Below are positions 27,722-39,964 of a stretch of DNA of 64,000 nucleotides, one piece after another. The position numbers were made by a program, and so were the translations under genes. The stretch lies in assembly GCF_000497125.1 (NCBI RefSeq), contig NC_090597.1, forward strand, positions 1,747,797 through 1,811,796, read 5' to 3'. Under the pieces are notes generated by a model. The model worked only from the letters and a program-made list of their open reading frames with translations, searched no databases and was not told where the DNA came from. Position 1 is the stretch's first letter. Each line of letters opens with the position of its first letter. The stretch is from Spironucleus salmonicida (taxonomy: Eukaryota).

Positions 27722-30220
27722 TCACTATTCTCTTCTAACGAACTATATCTAATTTAACTAAGACATTAGCTTAAGATTTTCACACTCAACACCTTTAGCA
27801 CTACCACAGCCAAATAATATTATAAATTATACTTAAGATCCATCCTCTAAGACATAATTCATAATGATTTCATAATTGTTCATATCAGATTGTTTGCTCA
27901 GTTTTAATAACTCGCTAAGCTTACATTCAGAGTAATGTGCTATTAATTCTGAACAGTTCTCGTTAATAAAAGGTAATACATCAGGCATTTATGACTCTTT
28001 GAATATATCTCTATTCTAGATAGCATTTAAAGAAACAAAAAATTCTTTAGACTAAATATGAGAAAATAGACTAAAACATACAGTAGTAGCATCTGTGTCA
28101 ACAAATGAAGTACAATTATCATATTTATTAACATATAATGGAACTGGGAAGAAGACATCTCCTTCATAACAAAATACAGCCAAAGAAATTGGTTCTATAA
28201 GCTTCAAATGCTACAAATATTCCTGTAACGAAGCAATATCACCATTCGTTTTCATCTAATTTAATGAATCAAAGCCATCATGTTATGGACATTCAGCTAA
28301 ATCTTACATATATTAGTTTTCATCTACATTAAAATCATATATCGATTATTATAGTTATTTCAAATCTAATTTATAGGTTGCTGGGAAAATAAAATCTTTA
28401 TTTTCCTCCGTTTATATTAACGATACAAATAGTTCATCTGTTGGTAAATCCTCTGACTATTATATCGGCAATTTACCTCCATTTTGAATAATTATTTATT
28501 TTGTATTCTCAAGTTCTAAAAAACGTTCATAGTTTCTCTCTACTTAATCCACTAATGTTTATGCTTAAGAATTATTAGATGCAAGAGTTCTCTACTTAAA
28601 ATTATAAAGTGGTTATTATACATTAGTATGATCTTCATCTACATTTTAACTTATTCTCTATTACCGAGAGATTTTTAATGTATTATTCTAATATTATTAC
28701 TATGAAATATCAGAAAATTCAGGGTCTAAATTTCCTTTACTAATAAATGTTTCCTATAAATTAAAAGATTACTAATTTTCTTAATCCTTATTTGTAATAT
28801 TAAACTCTCTCGTATAATCTCTAGCCGGCTTAATACTAGTAAGGCAGTTTTTACTATTATATATTGATGTTTTATCTATTTATTAATCACCTTTAAAATA
28901 TATATTATGTAAATAATCTGTTTTTAATGAATTTTTATCTATTCGTTAGTCAATAAAATTTGTTGCTTTCACTGCAAAAATATTTATACTACCGCACCTA
29001 TCGCAATATTTGCCATTAAACAGTTTACATTCTAATTAGCAATTTTTACAATAAATTTTAGGAACAATATGAGAACTATTTATTTATGAAGCATCTATCA
29101 TTGTTCCTAGTCTTATAGATTTTTCTAAATCAAATTTTTATTTGGCTAAATCGTCAAGCTCAATAATTCTTATTAACTGATTCCCTCTATCTGCAATAAA
29201 AATATGTGTTCCATTATACTTAATATCTGAAGGATCATTAAACATAGCTTACACTAAACTTCCATCAACCCACCCTTTTTTATATCTATTACATGATTTA
29301 ATTTCCGTTTCTAAGTACTGAGACTGATATCCTTTAGGTTTTATATGGGAGTTTAATAAACTTTGATTTTTACTGATTAAATTTATTAATCTAATACAAT
29401 TATTTCCAGAATCGCATATAAGTAAATTACCATCTGGCAATTCACAAATAGATTTAGGATTGTTTAGTAGTTATTTTCCATCAATTTCAATTTTTCCAGA
29501 TTAACCAGGTATTCCAAAAATTATCTTGCCAGTCTCTTATAAAGTATCTATTTAAATGATACAATGATTTCCTTAATCTACAACATACAATATGCCTTAA
29601 GAAATTTTACTAACAATAATGCATACTATTTTATTAAATTTTAACTTTTTAAATACTACTGTTAAGTCTACTGGAATTTAACCGCTATGACCTATAATAC
29701 CACAAAGTGTTGATACCTCACCATTTTCAAAATCTATGCATCTTATAACATTATTTCCAGTGTCGCAAACAATTAAAATTCTTCCGTTACATGCTGATGC
29801 TACTCCAGTAGGACTATTATACTTTGCTTACTATATTTGACCATCTCTATGCCCCGTATTTGATCCAGATAAAGTTGAAACTTCACTATTTTACAAATTT
29901 ACTCGTCTAATCTTGGCATGCACTTAATCAGTAAAATAAGCTATTTAAAGATTATTCTATGGAATTATAATAGAATTAACAGGTAATTACTGTTGTGTAT
30001 GAAATTTAAAAGTATCTAATTAATTTTAGTCACAAATTCTTACACCAGATTATAATTGATCAGACACAATAATTGATTGTGTGTTAGGAATAATGCACAG
30101 TTGACTTGGAAATGAAAAGGAAGATGCACCAACTGGTCCATCTTTAACAGAGTTTCTTCCATTACCAGCAAAAGTTTTTACTATAGCAGATTAAAAATTT
30201 ATTTCCTTTAACTCCGTCAT
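27722..30220 (-). CDS. NHL-repeat beta-propeller protein with Cys cluster and helical C-terminal region, 832 aa
   Basis: NHL motifs VKTFAGNG..DGP....FSFP, VCDTGNNVIR, ICDSGNNCIR and IADRGNQLIR, followed by CKNC...CDRC. Confidence 0.88.
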
Positions 30221-30269
30221 TTTTGTTTTTGAAAATATTAATTATATTATAAAATTATAAATAAAATTA

Positions 30270-31484
30270 ATATAAGTCTAAATATTTTCAGAAATTATAA
30301 GTCCCTATCTCTAATAATCTATAAATCCTTATGAACTATCATCATGTAATTAGCTGTACAGTTTTACATGCTAATTTTTAGATTACTCTAAATAATTTTT
30401 TAAGTAACGACTTGATATTAATTTATATAAAGATAAATTATTCACTTCCTTATCCACTTTAATGTTTAGTAAAACTTAATTTACACTCGAATAATTCACA
30501 CTTTAATTTTCTACTCTTTTAAAGCTTAATTTATATGAATAATATGAAATTATTCAACTGTAAAATGAAACATTAGCTAAAGAGAGAGAATTTTCAGAAA
30601 CACAAAAATACTTTCCAACTAGATCTGAATAGTATGCGAAATTTTTATTTAAATAATAGCAGGATATTAATGATAAGTTTACGTTATCATTTTCTGGTGA
30701 ATCATAACCTAAGGAACTATTTTTTAGTAAAAAACGAGGTGTTGAGGTTCTTAATAAATAAATTTAAAAGGCAAATGATTATGATATTTGTCTTATGGTA
30801 ATAACAGTTCTTACAGAATTTAAGCTGCTAGATTTTGGCAAGTTTTTATTTGATAAGTGTATGATTAAGTTTCCTAGTAAATCACTACCTTATATTTATA
30901 AGGCAAAATTGGCAGAAGATATAAGTATATCACGAAGAATTTATTAATAATCTTATTAAAATATAAATGATTTTCCAGAACTCATATTATTTTATGGTAA
31001 TTGGATAAATTTAGAGTTATAATTTATTGAAGATTTAATAGGATAAGAAGAAAATAAAATTGATCTCAAGACAATCAAAGATGAAAGTCTAAAAGAGGTA
31101 ATTCAAGGAAAGTTAATAAAAGAAGTTTTATGCCTAGCATTTATATAAATATTATGTACTAGTATTTTTGTTAGAATTCCAGAACAATAAAGAATCAAAC
31201 TATAATCTTAGGAAAGTATAACTTATTGGAAATTATCCGGTATAAATAGAGAAGACATACTACAAGTTAATAATATAAATATAGCAATTAATAAATTTTC
31301 TCCGTTACTTAAAGAATTTGAGTACTTAATTAAGGATGTAATGCATACTGTTCTACACGAAATAGCTGAACTAAAATATGACTCAAGTAGCTGGACTAGA
31401 AGCTTCGAGAAATGCGATTTAATGCAAATTTATATTCAAAATACTTAATAATCTTCAGGAGAAAGTGATATGGGAGAAGATTGA
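30270..31484 (+). CDS. HAT-repeat protein, Utp6-like (start uncertain: ATA at 30270 or first ATG at 30462)
   Basis: FDKCMIKFPSKSLPYIYKAKLAEDISISRRIYQQS...WINLELQFIEDL resembles Utp6 HAT repeats. Acidic C-terminus, TGA at 31482-31484. Confidence 0.6.
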
Positions 31485-34400
31485 AATGATTTTTACAGTT
31501 CTCAATCCAATTCAAATATTGTAGTTATATTGATTGCAGTCATTATTGATATTTTCACTTAGTGTTCAGTATCAAAAAGTTTAAATATGACCAATCAAAA
31601 TAAATAGATGATGAATGAAGTTGACGGGTAGTTTAATTTATTCTTGAAATAGTAAAAGGTGAGTTAAACCCGGAAATACGCTATTATGAACGAAACATAA
31701 TAAATTTAATCAACAAAATCTGTTGCTATCTAGTAAACGATTCAAATATTAGATTAAATTATTATTAAAATAAATATTTTATCTAAATATTTTATTCTGG
31801 ATATTTAAATAAGTATGGAACTTCAGAATTGTTATCCACTGAAATCATTTTACTAGTTCAAATTACGTAAAATTTAATATAAATTTAAATGAAGGAGATA
31901 TTAACAGTTAGAATTATCTATGTATTGTATAAAAATACTCTAAAATTAATTCAGATTCGGTAAAAATATAAATAAAATAGTAAAATATATCTTCTTCCTA
32001 CGTTCGTAATCTAGTGTAAATTTATAAGATATCATCTTCATCCATATCAGAATATGTCAGTATATAACTAATCAATTGACTAATAAACTAGAAATTAATA
32101 CATTCAACAGTAAATTATAATTATTCATCTAAAGCCTTTATAATTACAATATGTATCAAGTATTCGGGTATAAAGAGGCTTACTAGTGAAAATAATTCCT
32201 ACCACCGTTTACAGTTATCAATTCCTGTCTCTTTATTAAATTCAACACGGAGGGGCTTTTTAAAATATTATATGAGTCATTAAACTAGTTAAATTAATTA
32301 AAACTAGATCATGCCACTTTTCTATTCACATATATAAGTCATATTTGGTATGAATCTTCAACTGAATAATTATTAGAATTAATATATATCTCACTTAAGC
32401 TGGAATCTTTATGATAATTCTAATGCATTATGTTAATAGAATAGTTAAAATAATATATTTAGATTCAAAATCAGTTAAAACTGGAATGTTGACAATATAT
32501 TATGTTAAGTGTATAGTCTTTTTTAATATATTAATTCTAATGTATCTCTTTTTAAATTTTTTATATCAAATGTAAAAGACATTATCATCATGTTAAATAT
32601 ATTCTTATGAAAAATAATTTTTATTAATAACAAGTAATTTAAAACTATAATTATAATTGTTTATTAGCAGATAATATATGACCTATAGATTTACTAATAA
32701 ATTACATTAAGGTAATTTAGTATTCAGACTCATTATATAATAAGTTGTTTATTTTAAATATAATCTAAGTAAACTTAACTATATTAAAACATCATAATTA
32801 GTATAATGAGTCCAATCATAAAAATCTATAAATTATGACTTATTATCTTAAAATCACTAATAAAACTTATATTATAAAGAAGAAAATAATATGTTTCTGA
32901 TGAATTATTATTATTTTAGATAAATGAGAAATGAAATTATTAAAAAAATTATTAAGAAATATTTCTATTCAAAATAAGAGATAATCATAAAATAGTTACA
33001 ATTTAATGTCTGAAAAATAATATTATCAGTAATAAGAAGCTTAAATATTATCCCAAGTATATTGGATGGTATCTAATTTACAGACTGACAATTGTACATA
33101 ACTTCATATAGATAATAATCTTTTACAAAATATTATAATATATTATTCATTTTAATTGCATAATTAATACATTAAAATCTGCTCTACAATATTTTAAATA
33201 TCAAAAAGACATTCTGTCAACAAATATTAATAAGTCCAATAACGTTATCAGTAAAACCAAATAATAAAACTAACTTTCATTATTTACTAATATGTATGTT
33301 TAAATAAGTATCGTATTTATATCTTTTGGTTTTCTATTAGATTACCTTATAAATATCATATTAATTAAATGATTAGAGTTACGAATAAATTTTTATTAAT
33401 TCAAAATAAATAGTCATAATTATATATTAAATCATTTCTGAAGTGAGATTATGTAATATTTTCTACCTTATAATAGTTTAAGTGGTATAATTTAAAAATT
33501 AAACAGATAATTTAAGCTAATTAATTATCGATGATTAATTTTATATTAACATTGTCATGAACAATTAAATTATAACAAAATTATATATAATATTAAATTT
33601 TAATAATTGTTCAATATTATAATAGTAAAAGAATAGTATTTTCATCACGAAATATAATATTTTTATCTATATTAAGAAAAATTGTTAAAATAATAATTAT
33701 TAAAAATTCTTAATACCAATAAAGTGTAGTCTAAGATGCGTAATGAAATATAATATAGTATAATAATTATGCACTTATTTTTACAGTCCTTAAATAAAAG
33801 TTATTAGGGGGTAAACATTGGTTTAAAATAGATCAATATTTATATTTAAACAAATTTCTGGATTAATTAGTAGTAAACTCTTAACCATATATACTCTAAT
33901 ATATTAATATTAATTATATTAAACAAAAATATTGTCAATTATATCTATTAAAAGAAAAATACTATGTTATAATAGATACATGCTTTTAAAAATATGGTAG
34001 ATAATAAAATTATAATTCTAAGGCAAGGGATATTATTAATAAATGTATCTGAAACAGAAAATTTAGCGTTTTAAAATTTACCAGGTAGAGTAATTAATCA
34101 ATTGATATTCTTAATATCATATTGAATTTATATCAAATAATTCATTAGAACTTGAATAAAATATTAGCGAATTTATATCTCCGTAAAATTTAGTTATTAT
34201 ATCTATAAACTAAATACTTATCACCTAATAGTGGTTTATAATAGTTTATTCAAACTGATTAAAATATTGAAATATCATAATTCTTTATACATAGAGTTTA
34301 TACATATTCTAAGATTGCTAGATACATATATAAAATTAAGAGTTTGATGAATATTATACCGCGTTTAGATCCATTCATAATTAGAATATGATTTGATTAA

Positions 34401-34711
34401 AAATTTAATTTTTTGTAAAAACTAAAGAAATAATGAAGCTGCCAATGGAACCTAAGTAGAAATATGTATATAATATTTTAAAGTTCAGGGTATTGTATAC
34501 TTAAGCTTTTCTGTTTCAATAATAATATATAAGTTATTGTATATAAATTGAAGCGGGTTGAAGTTATTAAATTAAATTAAGAATATTGGATAACACTATA
34601 TCTAAGAAAATTAATGATTATTTCAATATTTAATGACTAGGATCTTTTTAAGCTTTTATTATTAAATTATATACTGATTAATCAATATTTATTATATATG
34701 AATATATCTTA

Positions 34712-35074
34712 TCACTGACTAAAATAAATACTTAATATTATTATACTTAATAATAGTAATAGTGTTATTAAATTAGGGGCACGGGATTTTTAATTTAAGG
34801 TTTAGACATATTTAATTAAAAAATTTATATAATCTTATAATAAATCTACTATTTGATCATTATAATTTTCTGAGTGTTTATACTATTAAAACTATAACTA
34901 TAATTATAATATAGCTGATTAAATTACATAGACATGGCTCTTCTCAAGCATATTTGATTATAAACTTTTGTCCATCTTTTATATAAATTCTAAAATCTCA
35001 ACCCCCTTTTTATCTTCACCTTGCTAACTACTTAAGTCTGATAATACTATGTTAAGTTTTTGAGTAAAGTCCAT
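34712..35074 (-). CDS. Small tail-anchored helical protein (SNARE-like topology), 120 aa
   Basis: MDFTQKLNIVLSDL...YVQTLNQKSRAPNLITLLLLLSIIILSIYFSQ*: basic juxtamembrane segment plus C-terminal TM. Ends CAGTGA; head-to-head with the next gene. Confidence 0.6.
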
Positions 35075-35118
35075 TTAGTTTAAAAATATATATTATATTA
35101 TAATATCATTATTTTTAA

Positions 35119-36147
35119 ATGAAAATATATAATATTATTTATCAAAACTCACGAAAAAAGATAAGTCTTATAAATGACTGTTATATTACAGATAACTAGC
35201 ATACCTTCATTTTTGACAAGTAATTCGCTTCACTAACTGAAATTAATTCATTTATTAGCGATTTATCATTTCCAATTGTAAATATTTTTACTAAGCTTGC
35301 AATTTAGGATTCTTTACTATATTAAGATTTATAAAACAAAAATTAGATTGATAAATTACTTTAATCTTAGCATGTTTCATCATTTCTTATAAATGTTAAA
35401 TCACCTATTGTTGGTTTAAAATTTGGTATTTAATTTCCTAAAAATGATATCATTAATGTATTTATGAATGAAAATGCACCAAATAAAATTATTAACTATA
35501 TAAATAGAGTGTCATTGCTTATATAAAACTCTTCCACATATGACTAAAATAAACAAACTGCAACATTATTTTTTATTAGAAAGTATTACAGAATAATTAA
35601 ATAGTATCAGGAACCTAATTTAAAAAGATCATATTCATGTTCCAATTTAAGTTAAGCTGTTTTATACGTACCATAGCTCTTAAAACCGTTAGCAAAGGTT
35701 GTAAGCTCTTCTTAATAATCTAATTTTTTAAAATATACTCTTAAATATATAAGTTTAGATACAAAATCACCAGTTACAGTTTTTCTTAACTTATATTCAT
35801 TAACAAAAGTTAGAGTTGGAGCATATCATACTGGTATATAAATTTAAAATACAGAAATAGCTTATGGTGGTCATTAAAAAAACTGCAGTGGTATCTATTT
35901 TATATAACCAAAATCCAATAAATAGTTCTATTACCAAAAATAAATTATACTAGGATAATGTTCTCTGTCAATCGTAGAAATTATCACAATTTTAGATAAT
36001 ATTAGCATTAATTGGATGGGAAAATAATATAATATATTCGCAAAAAATTGTAATGATTTTAGTAATTAACTGAGCTTAATTTTATTGTAGCGCCCTATAC
36101 CAAAATGGGTTAATAATTTAGCATAATTTGGAAGAAAATTTATTTGA
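35119..36147 (+). CDS. PPPDE/DeSI-family isopeptidase with N-terminal extension, 342 aa
   Basis: C-terminal domain VFLNLYSL...GAYHTG...EIAYGGH...YNIFAKNCNDFS...PIPKWVN, with the His/Cys dyad intact. Confidence 0.9.
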
Positions 36148-36151
36148 CAGC

Positions 36152-37525
36152 TCACTTCTATAAAGATATGTTATGTAGCACTTTGATATATGCAGAAATT
36201 TTGTGATTATCGCCTTTATTGAAATCAATATTAGGAATATTAACTTAGTAACGGGTGATGGGTGTAATTACTTCATTTTTTATTTATAATATATTACCAG
36301 GAATCCATAAATCTGTAGAAGAAGAGTAATCGGATTACTCTATCCATTCAGATAATTATCCATCTATAAACTGTTTTGGTACTATTTTCTAAATAGCCTC
36401 CTATTTAATATAAAATTTACTATATCTACAAACAGGATCATCTTCATTAACATAGTGCTTTCCAAACGTTTTCAAACATAATCTTGAACCAAGATGTGGA
36501 GGACAACCAAAAGTAACACAATATTAATTTAAATCTGGAATATAAGACTTAAAGAACATACTAATAATACTAACAACAGCAGCACCATAACTATGACCCG
36601 TTAACACAATTTTAGATATCATTTTATTTCTCCAAGCAAATTAAATAATCTACTAAACTTATCTGAATACATATACTGCAGCTTTAAACCACCCTTCATG
36701 AATTGGCTCGTTAAATCCATCAATAAGGCAAAATAATGGTTAAAATTAGCTATCTGTTATACCATCGGTCAGCATCTTTTCTGTGCCTCTCACTACTATA
36801 AATATTAAATCTTCTTCGCTGTAGCATTAAAAAACTGGCATGAAAACTTTAGCATCTTTATTCTATGATAATATATTTTTACTTAATGATGTTTCAGAGT
36901 AAACTGTGTTGCACTGTTTCGCCATTTTTAAATCGAAATCTAAATTATTTTTATCAAAAATTTCATTTGAATTTTAAGGCATACTTAGATTTAAAAATTA
37001 TTATTAAAATTAATCTAAGTCTTACTATTCAATTTTTTTGTCATCTAACATTTTCATTGCCTTAGAAACTTTAATGAGACCTTACATTCCTAAAACTAAA
37101 GCTTTAACTGATGAAACTTACTATTTATTGAATAATCTTTATTAAATACTAACTCCATGTTAAATAATCAAATATGATTCCTTAATGCAACTAATTAATT
37201 CTAAATAACAAGCTGCATCAAATAAAAAATCAATTAAAAATTAAGAAGGTTAATAACGTTTTGATTCCTAAATAAATATTTAGATATATTTTGCTGGAGA
37301 ATTTAATGATTTTAATGCATAATAAGCATTATACAATATAAATTCATACTTTTTAGTCTTAATAAGTTAAACAACAGACTCACAAAAATTATCATAATTT
37401 TAATTTATAAGGTATTATTTTTAGGTGTTAAGTTACTACATTATAGTCTATGGTCCTTTTTACGATGACAAAAATATATAAACAGTATTGTAATAATGAT
37501 CTGGAACATTAGAATTTATTAGCAT
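36152..37525 (-). CDS. Lipase class 3 family protein, 457 aa
   Basis: Motifs VVRGT, IHEGWF, nucleophile elbow LTGHSYG, TFGCPP and NEDDPVCR. Confidence 0.9.
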
Positions 37526-37692
37526 TTAAATTAAAGTAGTTATTATTATATTTATTTATATTATATTTTAATAGGTTATAAAGTAAAAGTCAGAATATTA
37601 TACCAATTAAAGTAAAAATAAAAATAATCCGATACTGTAAATAAATCTAAGATATTTTATTATAAATAACAAAACATATAATTGATATAATA

Positions 37693-38904
37693 TCAGATAG
37701 CTTTCCAATCCACAACTAACATTTTGGCAACAGTACTAATTGCCATAGACTAAATTTCTTCATCTAAAATTTGCATACACTGCATTGAGAACTATAATAT
37801 CATTGGGACTTTCTATAAAAATTCTCTACCTGTTGGGTGGTTTACTGCAAACTATCCAATATCATTAAGTACAACTTTAATTGTTGTATTATCTTAATTT
37901 TTAATTGCAGCTGAACCTACTTAAGCCAATTATTTTAATAAATTTCCCCCGTCTGCGGTAAAAGTTTAACAATTTTGCTTCCAAAATAAAATACTGTGGT
38001 GTAAAGGTGTAAGTTCCATTACACCGGCTTCTATCTATGATCTATAGTTTTCGATAGTTGATATATCTTTAATCCTTCCAGAAATTTCATCATAAAGCTC
38101 TTTTAAAGGCCCTTCTATTCCTTCAGGCCAAGACATTTGCTATAATTATCTTAGAACTATCTATAATTCAGAAGCTATCATTTATTCAACACCTCTGTTT
38201 GAATTTAACGTTTTAAGACCTAAAAGAATGCTTCTTACTACTTTACTAGATATTTATACATCATGTGATTTTAACATTCTGCACAAAAGTCCAACACATC
38301 CGTTATTGATGAAGTAGTTGGAGATAGTATCTGACTACTTTGCAAGTACCCATAAAAGAATGATTGATGCATATGTGAAGTTTGCAGTGAAAGGTTTTCT
38401 CAAATTTTCTACTGCAATATTTAAAAATTAAGTATTGTTAATTTTTCCAAACTCTATTTCTTAAGAAGTGGAACTAAGCAATTATGCAACCAGTATACTA
38501 TTTCTTGAAAATCGAGCTGCTGAGAGTATAGAATATTCATCTCCTTGGATACATTTTTAATATACAGATAAAGAATCCAGTTAAATATGGGAAATAGAAA
38601 CCTATGATAATAATCTATAATATACCACGTAATCGGCCTATGAAAGACATTACAGTTTATCAAAGCTTTCTGCTAACATAATTTAAAATTTATGAGATGA
38701 AGTAAAATCGCATAATCTTAGGGCAATAAAAGATGCACGCTAAGGAGAATTAACAAATGTAGGTATATTTTAAATTAGCACTGTTATTTATTATTCAGTA
38801 AGATTAACTAAACGTGAATCCACAAATAATCCAGGCAAATTTTACTTTTCTTGTTCGGTTACAGTATTTTTATCAAAGGAACGGGCTTAAATAAGATTGT
38901 CCAT
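37693..38904 (-). CDS. V-type ATPase V1 subunit H, 403 aa
   Basis: C-terminal TPLHHSILFWKQN...VLNDIGQFAVNHPTGR...VAKMLVVDW matches subunit H (SPVH...FWREN...HDVGEYVRHYPRG...QKLMVHNW). Confidence 0.85.
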
Positions 38905-39003
38905 TTAAATGATTTGATTGAAATTATAGAATATATTTATTATATTATAACAAATAATTTATTATACTTGAATTCATATAAATTATAATATAATAAATAT
39001 ATT

Positions 39004-39870
39004 TCACCAGATTCCTAAATATTATCCAAACTCTAATGGGACTCTTTATGTAACTATTTCTTGAAAAGGTAAGAATTATATAATTTTAATTAGTTAAATT
39101 CTTTCTTCTGGGTTAACCTTTAACATTTTACTAATTAAACTCTTGAATAACTAGGGAACATCCGGTGGTAATTCTGTTGGCGGCCCTTTTATAATACATG
39201 CTAATAGTTCATCTTTATTGTTTCCTTGGTATGGTAATTTTCCTGAAAATATATAATATAACATTATTCCAAGTGACCAAACATCAACTCTATAATCATA
39301 TAGAGACCCTCTTAAAATTTCTGGTGCAATAAAATATGGTGTACCTGTTTATGTTGATGTTTTGTCTATTATTGAATTAAGCTTTTTTGACAAGTTAAAA
39401 TCTGATAACTTTGCTCGATATCCTAACTATTTATCATTAAATATTAATATATTTTAAGGCTTCAAATCTCTATGTATAATAGATTATTTTTATAAATAGT
39501 AAATTCCAACTACTATGTCAATAAAAATTTATAATATTAAGTCTAGATGTGTTTTTTCGGCTCTATTAAATTATATTCTTTTTAAAAAGTCATATAAATC
39601 TCCTTTTTCTGCAAATTCAGTAACAATAACCAATGTCTATGTCTCTTGATCAAAAAACTAACCGTACATTTTGAGTACAAATGGTGATTTTAATTGATTT
39701 AAAATTTCAGCTTCATGTAGGTTTGAGCTTAATGCTTTGCTAGTTGTTATTCGTTTTAATGCAAATAAACAATTCTCATACTATCCTTTATAAACAATCC
39801 CAAAAGTTCCTTTACCAATTATTTCTATGTTTGAAAACTATGATAATGAAGTAAAAGGTGATTAACTCAT
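39004..39870 (-). CDS. NEK-family Ser/Thr kinase, 288 aa
   Basis: Motifs GKGTFG, ALK, HRDLKPQNIL, DFN (for DFG), GTPYFIAPE and DVWSLG. Confidence 0.9.
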
Positions 39871-39964
39871 TTTATTTTAATGATTTTATATTGATAATAA
39901 TAGTATTAATAAAAAAATTTAATTCATAATAAACCAAATATGATATATATAATTGTTATCAAAA

